A program made the translations under genes and the position numbers. Shown in pieces: positions 23,738 to 37,034 of a DNA stretch of 64,000 bases (position 1 is the stretch's first letter; each line of letters opens with the position of its first letter). The notes under the pieces are model-generated. The model was not told the origin of the DNA. It saw nothing but the letters and a program-made list of their open reading frames with translations, and did no database searches. This stretch comes from Alphaproteobacteria bacterium (lineage in GTDB: Bacteria; Pseudomonadota; Alphaproteobacteria; Micavibrionales; UBA2020), in the NCBI GenBank assembly GCA_025934695.1, contig JAICWS010000002.1, positions 909,043 through 973,042 on the forward strand, given 5' to 3'.

Positions 23738-25504
23738 TTACGGGTTGCCCACGCTGGGAGCGAGGAAATCCTCATACATGGTGGTAACATGAGAATCGTA
23801 ATTTTTTGCAACTTTCGGCAAATCAGTTAAGAAAGTGCTGAATTTGTAGCGCACGACTAAATTTCCATTAATAGCATAAGTCGTTTCGCATGGGATTCTA
23901 GCTGGCCTCAACTCGTATGGAACTGGAGGGCCAACGAAATTTCTGTCCAGGTTGAAAGGTTTGGGATAGAAACTGGGTTTAAATCTTTCGCAAACTGCCA
24001 CAAATGGTTTGCCGTCGGGGGTCGACCATTCCTTTGACATCCATAATATTGGGGTCGTTTCTCCCTTCAATCCCGGAGCGCGTATGCGCGGATCGCTCTG
24101 TATTGCAGGCATCGTCAACATTTGACCATTAGCGGCTTCCGCAATGACCGCTTCAGGGACTGTCTTCTGCTTCTGATAATAATCATAGGCAGAATCATAA
24201 TCGATCCGCTTCAATGATCCACGAGCTGTCCTGCCGATATGAGCTCCAAGTTCATAAATTCGAATCGTCTCTGGATAGCCAGGATTGTTGCGAGGCGCTT
24301 CAGAATGATGTGCGCATTCTAACTTTTGCCATTCCTTGTTTTCGACGCGACATGCGCTTGAATATGGAAGGTTGTTAATTTCCTGATCTAGACGAAGGTT
24401 TATCATTTTGACAGAAATTAGGTCGTTACCGTCATTTGTTTTCTGGCATAGCCGGTCGTAATCTAATTTTTCATCGGTGTCATCAGTATAAACTTCAAAC
24501 ACTCCCAATGGAGAAAGGTTTAAGCGATTCTCGCCTATTCTTGCTTTCAGGGCGTTCGTCAAACAGATTTCTGTAGCTGGAGGCGTTTTGAACAGTGACA
24601 AATTTTCGACTTTTTTAATTAAGTGACTTACGAAGAAAATTGCCAGCATCAGCATAATAATGGCGCTTTGCGGAAGCTTGTTTTTGAGACGTCTTGATAT
24701 TGGATTTCGGGGTTCCCATGCATCTAGACGGACCCACCACGAACAGAGCTTGGCGCGATTCAGGAGCATAGGCAAAGGCACTGCTAGGATGAACACTGCC
24801 CAGATGGACAAAAATGCGAGGAAACTTGTTTCCCAAACGGGGTTTCCCAGATTGAATGTATATCTACTGATTCCCTCATCGGCAATTCTAAGGTCGCCAG
24901 TTGTCGCATGAAGTCCAAACAACCACACGCGGAGAGCGATGACGAGCGCCAACCCGAGCAACGATATTAATGCGAACTGAAATAAGTTAATCAGCCGGTC
25001 ACCGGACAATGCCCCGCGAATCTTTGATAGGGCACCGTTTGAGTTTGTGTCGGTGCCGGGAAGGATGACTAATGGCAAAAGTGCAAAAAGTCCGAAGCAT
25101 ACTTCCGGAGCTTTGAAGAAAAAATCCGATGGGGGTAGCTTATGTTCTCCCAAAGAACCGATCAGTACGATTGCACCCCCGGGACTCACTAACAACGAAA
25201 AAGGTAATAATGGGAAAAGTAGAAGCCAGAAAACCGAGAATCGAAGGTTTTTTAATCGGGCCATTGTGCACCGGGCGCAAAGCCCCATTGCCAACAACAT
25301 CGACAGAGGAACGACAAAAAACACAATAACAAATCCGGCGCCATTGCCCGGAGTTGTTCCTTTCAGCAGTGAAATTGCCGCGGTTGGCCCCAGCCAGATG
25401 CAGAAACCTACGATTAAAAGTGATAAAACGAATGCCAGTCGGCCAATGCCAGCCTTCTGAGGGGAATTACCTCTGGCCATCTTACTCTTTGGCGAAGTCA
25501 TCAA
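23738..25504 (-). CDS. hypothetical polytopic membrane protein with a C-terminal soluble domain of about 280 aa; low-GC insert in the glp operon
   Basis: 588-aa uninterrupted ORF. About 8 hydrophobic segments in the first 300 aa. No motif I recognise and no MIP-family NPA boxes. Gaps of 3 nt to glpD and 12 nt to glpK. Confidence 0.7.
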   Translation of the reverse strand: MMTSPKSKMARGNSPQKAGIGRLAFVLSLLIVGFCIWLGPTAAISLLKGTTPGNGAGFVIVFFVVPLSMLLAMGLCARCTMARLKNLRFSVFWLLLFPLLPFSLLVSPGGAIVLIGSLGEHKLPPSDFFFKAPEVCFGLFALLPLVILPGTDTNSNGALSKIRGALSGDRLINLFQFALISLLGLALVIALRVWLFGLHATTGDLRIADEGISRYTFNLGNPVWETSFLAFLSIWAVFILAVPLPMLLNRAKLCSWWVRLDAWEPRNPISRRLKNKLPQSAIIMLMLAIFFVSHLIKKVENLSLFKTPPATEICLTNALKARIGENRLNLSPLGVFEVYTDDTDEKLDYDRLCQKTNDGNDLISVKMINLRLDQEINNLPYSSACRVENKEWQKLECAHHSEAPRNNPGYPETIRIYELGAHIGRTARGSLKRIDYDSAYDYYQKQKTVPEAVIAEAANGQMLTMPAIQSDPRIRAPGLKGETTPILWMSKEWSTPDGKPFVAVCERFKPSFYPKPFNLDRNFVGPPVPYELRPARIPCETTYAINGNLVVRYKFSTFLTDLPKVAKNYDSHVTTMYEDFLAPSVGNP

Positions 25505-25507
25505 GCG

Positions 25508-27031
25508 TCAAGCCGTCTCCCTCTTCGCCTGCAGCTTCTTGAGCATTTTCTTGATCTTCTTCTGCGTGTCTTCGGTCGTGTGCAGGCCTAATTTTGAGCG
25601 GCGCCAGAGAATGTCTTCGAGGGTCTGCGCCCATTCGCTGGCGACGAGGTAGCGGATTTCGGCTTCGTAGACGTTTTCGCCGAGATAATCGCCGAGGTCG
25701 GCCAGGCGCTTTGCGCCGCGCAGGATCTCGCGCACGCGCGTGCCGTAGGCGCGGGCGAGGCGTAAGGCCAAGGCTTCGGGCAGCCAGTTATATTCGCGCT
25801 TGAGCGTTTTCAGGAAGGTCTGGAAGTTGACGACATGCACGTCCGCGCCGGGCAGATAGGCGTTTTCGGTCCAGGCGGCGGTGCCCTTGCCGAGCTTTTC
25901 GACGACGAGGTCGCCGGCATGTTCGGAGAGTTTTCTGAAGGTCGTGATCTTGCCGCCGTAGACCGAAAGCATCGGCAGCCCGTGGATGTCCTCCATGTCG
26001 AGGATGTAATCGCGCGTGACCTTCGACGGATCGGCGTCGCCGCTGTCGACAAGCGGGCGCACGCCGCTATAGGTCCACTGCACGTCGGCGGGTTTCAGCG
26101 AATGGCGCAGGAAGTGGTTGGCGGCGGCGCAGAGGTATTCGACTTCCTCCATCGTGATGCGCACTTCCTCGATATCGTCGTGATATTCGACGTCGGTCGT
26201 ACCGACGAGCGTGTATTTTTTCTCGTAAGGGATGAGGAAGACGATGCGCTTGTCGTCGTTCTGCAAGATATAGGCGTGATCGCCCTGGTACAGGCGGTTG
26301 ACGATGATATGGCTGCCCTTGACCCAGCGCACCTTGTACTTCGGATTCTCCATGCCGGTGAGCGCCAGCGTTTTGCCGACCCAGGGGCCCGAGGCATTGA
26401 CGACCAGCTTCGCGCGCACATGGTATTTGCCGCCTTCATTGTGGTCTTCGAGGAGAACGTTCCAGAGCTGCGATTTCTCGTCGCGCTGGAGCGATAAGAC
26501 TTCGGTGCGGGTGCGGATATCGGCGCCCTTGTCGGCGGCGTCGCGGGCGGCGAGCACAACGAGGCGCGTGTCCTCGACCCAGCAGTCGGCATAGGAAAAG
26601 CCGCGACGGAAGTCGGGCTTCAACGGCTGGCCGTACATCGTGCCGGTAAGGTATTGCGCGCGCGATTTCTGCAGCAGCTTGCGGCCGCCCAAATGATCGT
26701 AGAGGAACAGCCCGATGCGGATCATCCACCAGGGACGCAGTTTGCGGTGATGCGGCAGGATGAAGGTGAGGGGCCAGATAATATGGGGGGCCGCCTTCAG
26801 CAGCACCTCGCGTTCGGCCAGCGCCTCGCGCACGAGGCGGAATTCATATTGTTCGAGGTAGCGTAAGCCCCCGTGAATCAGCTTGGTCGAAGCAGACGAG
26901 GTCGCGCAGGCAAGATCGTCCTTCTCCGCCAGCATGACGGACAGGCCCCGGCCCGCCAGATCGCGCGCGATGCCCGCGCCGTTCACCCCGCCGCCAATGA
27001 CCAGAACGTCGATTTCCTTGATCTTGCTCAC
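25508..27031 (-). CDS. glpD: FAD-dependent glycerol-3-phosphate dehydrogenase
   Basis: 507 aa. N-terminal dinucleotide fold DVLVIGGGVNGAGIARDLAGRG. GlpD-type conserved blocks (STKLIHGGLRYLE). Confidence 0.95.
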   Translation of the reverse strand: MSKIKEIDVLVIGGGVNGAGIARDLAGRGLSVMLAEKDDLACATSSASTKLIHGGLRYLEQYEFRLVREALAEREVLLKAAPHIIWPLTFILPHHRKLRPWWMIRIGLFLYDHLGGRKLLQKSRAQYLTGTMYGQPLKPDFRRGFSYADCWVEDTRLVVLAARDAADKGADIRTRTEVLSLQRDEKSQLWNVLLEDHNEGGKYHVRAKLVVNASGPWVGKTLALTGMENPKYKVRWVKGSHIIVNRLYQGDHAYILQNDDKRIVFLIPYEKKYTLVGTTDVEYHDDIEEVRITMEEVEYLCAAANHFLRHSLKPADVQWTYSGVRPLVDSGDADPSKVTRDYILDMEDIHGLPMLSVYGGKITTFRKLSEHAGDLVVEKLGKGTAAWTENAYLPGADVHVVNFQTFLKTLKREYNWLPEALALRLARAYGTRVREILRGAKRLADLGDYLGENVYEAEIRYLVASEWAQTLEDILWRRSKLGLHTTEDTQKKIKKMLKKLQAKRETA

Positions 27032-27208
27032 GCTTTCCCTTCGTAACTAGCTGATATAGAAGCGGAATGGCAGGATCAAGGCAACTGATATTTTCGGAAA
27101 TCACGTTTTCGGATGATCTTTTGATCAACAGGTGCCCCGATTAATGTTCCTTTAATGTCTCCCCATTATAATTTGCCATAACGATACAGCCGATGCGAAA
27201 GGTGAATC

Positions 27209-27787
27209 ATGCAGTGGGGAAAACTGACGGGCTCGTTCAACCGGATGGTCTGGCCGAGCAAGGAGGGCCGTTATGAAGCCCTCTCGGAAATGGTGGCGGG
27301 AGAGCGGCCTTTCGACGCGGAAACGCTGAAAAAATATGCGACGAAGGGCGTGTGGGCCGGTGTGCGGACCCCGCAGATCCTGCAGATGGCCATTGAGCAC
27401 AACGTCAACGATGCCGCCCGGACGCTGATCGATCAGAAAAAAGTCGATCTCGATGCCACGCCGATCGTTTACCGAAGCGTGAAGAAGGGCGATAAGGCCG
27501 GCGTCGCGAACGCCGCGAGAGCCGTGGGCGATCCGGATTTCTCGCGCGCTCCGACCTATGGGGAGTTTATGCTCAAAACCGCGGTGGACAGCGGCAATGT
27601 CGCCATGATCCGCAAGCTTCACGCGGAAAAGGTTCCCGCGGACCTGCGCGCGGGCTACGGTTTGTATGTCTTCGAAAGGGCGTCCGTCGATCCGAATGTC
27701 GTCTCGGCGCTGCGGGAGCTTTATCCGGCGGAATCCGCCAAAGCGTTGCCTCTGCCAAAAGCGGCCGCGAAGCCGCTGGTGACATAG
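27209..27787 (+). CDS. hypothetical protein, possibly with degenerate ankyrin-like repeats
   Basis: 192-aa ORF. Helix-turn-helix repeat-like segments (ILQMAIEHNVNDAARTLIDQKKVDLDA, MLKTAVDSGNVAMIRKLHAEKVPADL). Confidence 0.45.
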   Translation: MQWGKLTGSFNRMVWPSKEGRYEALSEMVAGERPFDAETLKKYATKGVWAGVRTPQILQMAIEHNVNDAARTLIDQKKVDLDATPIVYRSVKKGDKAGVANAARAVGDPDFSRAPTYGEFMLKTAVDSGNVAMIRKLHAEKVPADLRAGYGLYVFERASVDPNVVSALRELYPAESAKALPLPKAAAKPLVT

Positions 27788-27814
27788 AAAAATCAGTTTC
27801 TTTCGTAACCGTGA

Positions 27815-28031
27815 GAAAGAATAAAACGCGAAGACCCCGGACGACCGGAGTTGCCTGCTGCATTGGGATCGCGGCGAAAGCGGCTATTATCACGCGCAAA
27901 GTTACGAAGGTACGAAGTCGGGTTTTCTGCCCCATCTCTTCGTGACTTCGTAACTTCGCGCGGTTGAGTTGTCTCGAAGTACATGCGCTTCGCGCGAATT
28001 CAGAAAGATTCCGGGCCTCGAGTCTCCGCGT
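27815..28031. repeat. intergenic repeat family A, copy 1 (about 220 bp, nested inverted repeats)
   Basis: Core aagttacgaagg...cttcgtgacttcgtaacttcgcgcggttga...tctcgaagtacatgcgcttcgcgcgaattcagaaag. Near-identical core at 29557..29672 and 45654..45774. Confidence 0.7.
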
Positions 28032-28050
28032 TAAGTTTTTTTTCGGCTCA

Positions 28051-28090
28051 AAATGAAAAGCCCGCCATCCTTTTTTGGAGGCGGGCTTTT
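28051..28090 (-). terminator. rho-independent terminator of the dehydrogenase gene
   Basis: gcccgcc / ggcgggc stem, followed on the minus strand by ttttcatttt. Confidence 0.65.
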
Positions 28091-28106
28091 TAAAAGGTCA
28101 TCGGGC

Positions 28107-29183
28107 TTAAGCCGCCTTGCAGGCCTTGGTCGCCTTGAAGCGCTGTTCCGCGATGCGGTCGGCGGCGAGCGAGGTCGAAATGCCCTCCTGGTCCGCGCGC
28201 TTGAAGATGCTTTCCGACACGCTGTCGATCTTGGCGACATGGTCGAGCACCATCTGGCGGTCGTAAGGCTTGTTCGAGGTGCGCGCGACGTGCTCGTAAT
28301 AGACGCTGATGAGGCCGCCCGCGTTGATGACGTAGTCGGGGGCGTAGAGGATCTTCATGTCGCGCAGCATGTCGCCATGGCGCGGTTCGGCCAGCTGGTT
28401 GTTGGCGGCGCCGGCGATAACTTTCGCCTTGACGCGCTGGAGCGTGTCATCATTCAGGATGCCGCCGAGGGCGCAAGGGGCAAAGATATCTGCCTCGATG
28501 TCGTAAATGCTGTTGAGCGCCACGGCCATCGCGCCGAATTCGCGGCTGGCCATATCGACCTTGTCCGCCGCCATATCGGTCACGATCAGCTGCGCGCCCG
28601 CCTGGTGCAGGTAGCGGCACAGGTTATAGCCGACATTGCCGAGGCCCTGGACAGCCACTTTGAGGCCTTTCAGGTCGGTGCGCTGCAGGCGGTGGCGCGC
28701 GGCGGCTTTCAGGCCGGTGAACACGCCCAGCGCCGTGGTCGGCGAGGGGTCGCCCGAACCGTGATTGCCGCCGACGATGCCGACGACATGCTTGGTCTGG
28801 CTATTGATGTAATTCATGTCTTCGGTCGTGGTGCCCACGTCTTCGGCGACGATATAACGTCCGCCGAAGGTTTCGACCGCGCGGCCCATGGCGCGCATCA
28901 GGTCGGCCGTCTTGTGCTTCTTGGCGTCGCCGATGATGACGGATTTGCCGCCGCCGAGCGGAAGGCCCGCGACCGCGGCTTTGTAGGTCATTCCCCTGGA
29001 AAGGCGCAGCACGTCTTTGAGCGCCAGGTCGTCGCTTTCGTAATTCCACATGCGGCAGCCGCCGAGCGCGGGGCCGAGGTGCGTGTTGTGCACCGCGATA
29101 ATCGCCTTCAGGCCGGTTGCCTGGTCGTGGAAGAAGGAGATCTGCTCGTGCTGGTCGAACTCTTTGTGGGTGAAGACGGACAT
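28107..29183 (-). CDS. Leu/Phe/Val-type amino acid dehydrogenase (leucine dehydrogenase-like)
   Basis: 358 aa from ATG 29183. GGCRMW...KAAVAGLPLGGGKSVI catalytic Lys motif. NAD fold VAVQGLGNVGYNL. Confidence 0.9.
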   Translation of the reverse strand: MSVFTHKEFDQHEQISFFHDQATGLKAIIAVHNTHLGPALGGCRMWNYESDDLALKDVLRLSRGMTYKAAVAGLPLGGGKSVIIGDAKKHKTADLMRAMGRAVETFGGRYIVAEDVGTTTEDMNYINSQTKHVVGIVGGNHGSGDPSPTTALGVFTGLKAAARHRLQRTDLKGLKVAVQGLGNVGYNLCRYLHQAGAQLIVTDMAADKVDMASREFGAMAVALNSIYDIEADIFAPCALGGILNDDTLQRVKAKVIAGAANNQLAEPRHGDMLRDMKILYAPDYVINAGGLISVYYEHVARTSNKPYDRQMVLDHVAKIDSVSESIFKRADQEGISTSLAADRIAEQRFKATKACKAA

Positions 29184-29483
29184 GGGGGAGATCCTCTGTT
29201 TTTGTTGCGCCGCCGCAATGTTTTGCGGCGTTTTTAACCACCTTCTCAACGCTTCTCACATCCAAATGTTCCTTGTAAAGCAAAAGGCGAGCGCCGGAAA
29301 ATAATTGAGAGATTATTGCGCTGCATGCGGCGAATTTAGAAATTTGTGTCACGCTATGGCATGCTGCATTGCACAAGTTTTCTCAGCGTTTTCTCATTCT
29401 CTGCGTGCATGTTCGCGAGTCGATTGAGAACGGATTGCAGCTTGTTGCGCCGCGTCATTTTTTGTGCGGAGACCCGGGCAGAA

Positions 29484-29706
29484 GCTCATTCGCGCGGAGT
29501 GACGGAGATACGGAGTTCATCGCTTCATCGGGACTGCGGCGAAGCCGCAATAATGACACACGAAGTTACGAAGATACGAAGGCGCTTATGCGTACGCCGC
29601 CTTCGTTACTTCGTAACTTCGCGCGGTTGACCGATTTTGGAAGTAAATGCGCTTCGCGCGAATTCAGTAAGAACTCCGTTCCTCCGTAACTCCGTGCGAA
29701 TGAGCT
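29484..29706. repeat. intergenic repeat family A, copy 2 (full-length, with an outer inverted repeat of about 35 bp)
   Basis: The outer arms gctcattcgcgcggagtgacggagatacggagttc and gaactccgttcctccgtaactccgtgcgaatgagc are near-perfect reverse complements. The inner core matches copies 1 and 3. Confidence 0.75.
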
Positions 29707-29723
29707 TGATTAACGGGGTAACC

Positions 29724-30278
29724 TTATTTCTTTTTCGAAGTGAACGGCCGGTCGTTGGGCGTGAAAACGATCTGGTCTTTCTTGAGACCCTCGGGCACGA
29801 AGTCGGGCCCGCCGGCTTTCACCGGGCGCGGCGCGAATTTGCCGAGCGAGATAAGCCGGTCGTACATGACGATCGCGCCCGCCACGCCGACGTTGACGCA
29901 GAACTTCATCGGAATCTTGATGACGAAGTCGCAGCGTTTCAGCATCGCGGGGCTGACATTGTTCTTCTCCGGCCCCAGCACATAGGCCGCGCGCAACGGG
30001 TGGCGGAAGCTGGGCAGGTCGATGGAGTCTTCGATCAGCTCTACGGCGATCAGCGCGGTGTTCTGCGGCAGCAGCAGGTCCTTGGGGCTGTCGAAGTTAT
30101 AAAACGGAATATGTCCGAAAGCGCCCGACGTATCGCTCTCCCGCATCGCGCGCAGGTCGATGGGCGTGTTCACGGTGAAGAAAAAGCTCGCGCCGAACGC
30201 ATGCGCCGACCGCACCAGGTTTCCCACGTTCATGGGCTTGGATATGCCCTCGACACCGATACCGAAAAAGCCGCGCAT
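29724..30278 (-). CDS. SpoU/TrmH-family RNA 2'-O-methyltransferase
   Basis: 184 aa from ATG 30278. N-terminal GIGVEGISKPMNVGNLVRSAHAFG. C-terminal knot motifs YVLGPEKNNVS and IPMKFCVNVGVAGAIVMYD. Confidence 0.8.
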   Translation of the reverse strand: MRGFFGIGVEGISKPMNVGNLVRSAHAFGASFFFTVNTPIDLRAMRESDTSGAFGHIPFYNFDSPKDLLLPQNTALIAVELIEDSIDLPSFRHPLRAAYVLGPEKNNVSPAMLKRCDFVIKIPMKFCVNVGVAGAIVMYDRLISLGKFAPRPVKAGGPDFVPEGLKKDQIVFTPNDRPFTSKKK

Positions 30279-30290
30279 GTTACCCTTCAC

Positions 30291-30386
30291 GTCACCCCCG
30301 CGAAGGCGGGGGTCTGGCCCGCCGCACCGCGGCATTTATAAATGCGGCTTCGCCGCGGACCGGATGCCCGCCTTCGCGGGCATGAC
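30291..30386. repeat. MITE-like palindromic element (family C)
   Basis: The termini gtcacccccgcgaaggcgggggtctgg and ccggatgcccgccttcgcgggcatgac are inverted copies. Each terminus is itself a short palindrome. Confidence 0.55.
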
Positions 30387-30395
30387 GGCTGAGAG

Positions 30396-32366
<1,971 letters not shown>

Positions 32367-32541
32367 GGTTCTCGTTCCCGAATAAAAATTTGGTACATCA
32401 TATAACCCTCGAGGGAGAGTATCCATAGTAATTTAATACACTGATTTCAAGGGTTTCAGTATTGCGAATGCAAGCGGCGGAAAGCGCCTGGCGCGGGCGG
32501 CGGCGGATTTTTCTGATGGGACCCGATCGTCGATCCGGCGC

Positions 32542-33162
32542 CTAGCCGCGCCCGTAATAATCGGGGTCGAGCAGGTATTTCTTTTTCGTGTAAAGCTCGA
32601 TGCAGGCATCGACCGAGGCAGGGTCGAATTTCGTCCCGCGGTCCTTGACCAGCTGCGCCAGCGCCTCCTCTTCCGAAAAGGCTTTGCGCCACGGCCGGTC
32701 GGAGGTCATGGCGTCCATCGCGTCGGCCACGGCCACGACCTGCGCTTCCAGCATGATTTCGTCCCGGGTGAGGCCGTGCGGATAGCCCGAGCCGTCGAGC
32801 CGCTCGTGGTGCTGCAGGATGATCTGCGCGACGGGCCAGGGGAATTCGATGTCCTTGAAAATCTCTGCGCCGTAGACGGGGTGCTGCTTCACCGCCGCAT
32901 ATTCGGCGTCGGTCAACGGGCCCGCCTTGAGGATGATCTCGGACGGGACGAGGATGGTGCCGAAGTCATGCAGCGTCGCCGCCATGCGGATGCCGTCGAT
33001 CATGTCTTCGTCGAACCCCTGCAGCTGCGCCAGCACGCGCGCGATCTGCGAGGTGCGCACGCGGTGCGGCGCGGCATAGGGATCGTTCATGGTGGCTGAA
33101 TCCACCAGCGTCCCAACGGTCTGGAACAGGCAGCGCAGAATCTCGCGGCTTTCTATGGGCAT
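32542..33162 (-). CDS. stand-alone HD-GYP domain protein (putative c-di-GMP phosphodiesterase)
   Basis: 206 aa from ATG 33162. Motifs HDFGT, HPVYGAEI, HHERLDGSGYPHG. Confidence 0.8.
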   Translation of the reverse strand: MPIESREILRCLFQTVGTLVDSATMNDPYAAPHRVRTSQIARVLAQLQGFDEDMIDGIRMAATLHDFGTILVPSEIILKAGPLTDAEYAAVKQHPVYGAEIFKDIEFPWPVAQIILQHHERLDGSGYPHGLTRDEIMLEAQVVAVADAMDAMTSDRPWRKAFSEEEALAQLVKDRGTKFDPASVDACIELYTKKKYLLDPDYYGRG

Positions 33163-33265
33163 GAAAATCCCCTTCCCGACGTCTATGCTAGGAGCTGTAT
33201 GCAACAGCGTCAATAACGCCGCTATTCCGAAAATAGGGCGGGCGCCGTCAGGGGAAAGGGGCGGA

Positions 33266-33892
33266 TCAGCTGCCGAACTTGAAGTTGGGGTCGTCCGTCC
33301 ACTTCTTGGAGGCGGGCGCCGCGTTGCGGGCGGCTTCTTCCTCGTTCACCTTGCGGCCATAGGCGGCGGCGAACTGCTCGCGCAGGCGCGGCACCCTGGC
33401 GATCAGGTCGGTGAAATGCGGCGAGGCCGCGACGCCGCGCGGGTTCTTGACGACGATTTCGTCCTGCGCATTCAGCGCGCTGGTCTTCTGCGCCGCCAGC
33501 GCGTCGATGAAGGGCCTTTCCTTCTCGAGGTTCTTTTTGATCGCATGCTCGGCGAATTTCGAACTCAGCTTGCGGCCGCCGTAGACGCTGGCGCTCATGC
33601 CGAGCAGGCCCAGGATGGCGGGTGGATAAATCGCGCAGACCGCGATGCCGGCCGGCATCGTCGTCCAGAACATGAGTTTTTGTTTCAGGTTGGCGTCCTT
33701 GACGGCCGCGCCCGAGAGCATCGAGAGCGTGTCCTCCACGTCGTTGGCCACGTCCTGGAGCTTCAGCAGTGTCTCGCCCGGGTCGTCGAGCTTCTTTGCG
33801 GCGTCGATGCGCCCCTGAAAGCCGTCGATGACGTTCTGCCGCGCTTCCGCCGCCGCTGCCTTCTTGGCTTCGCGGCGCTTTTTGAAAAACAT
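33266..33892 (-). CDS. hypothetical protein with a central pair of TM helices
   Basis: 208-aa ORF with a hydrophobic core FWTTMPAGIAVCAIYPPAILGLLGMSASVY. No family recognised. Confidence 0.5.
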   Translation of the reverse strand: MFFKKRREAKKAAAAEARQNVIDGFQGRIDAAKKLDDPGETLLKLQDVANDVEDTLSMLSGAAVKDANLKQKLMFWTTMPAGIAVCAIYPPAILGLLGMSASVYGGRKLSSKFAEHAIKKNLEKERPFIDALAAQKTSALNAQDEIVVKNPRGVAASPHFTDLIARVPRLREQFAAAYGRKVNEEEAARNAAPASKKWTDDPNFKFGS

Positions 33893-34056
33893 GTGCCTGC
33901 TCCAAAGATGAATGATGCAGCTATGCTACGGGTATGTTCCGTTAAGTCAAGAGGGCAGGAAGGGCGAAGCGGTTGTTTCCTCTCCCCGCGCGGGCGCGGG
34001 TTTCCCTCTTGTACAGCAAGGGGAGAAGAGATTATCGGATTTCCGCGACGATGGGT

Positions 34057-36825
<2,769 letters not shown>

Positions 36826-37034
36826 CCTTGATTCCTTGAAGTCCTTTTCCACTTTTATTGCCCAAAAAGATATAAAGCAGATAAATATTAAGTCAATCAA
36901 CGCTTTTGCCCTTCAAAAGGGTCCAAAAAGCCTTGCTAAAGCGGGGCAAACCCCCTTATATGCTTACCAACGCGGAAGAGGCGTCCGGCGCAGCGGGCCT
37001 GTATTCCGTAAATTACCTTAGGAGAAGACTGAAC

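Noticed and set aside
29346-29689. ORFs 29346..29630 and 29369..29689 (and the similar 45514..45735 and 45559..45801) as small proteins.
   Set aside because: They lie entirely within copies of repeat family A. The reading frames are not conserved between copies and there is no SD.
36826-36900. N-terminal extensions given by the longest-ORF rule. Examples: secA to 36900, ankyrin to 40237, acyltransferase from 14347, sigma to 20767, DUF2063 to 17791, TauE to 14044, ftsE to 49731.
   Set aside because: The extensions overlap upstream genes, promoters or repeats and look non-coding. Internal ATGs, checked against the sequence, give N-termini that match the family patterns.
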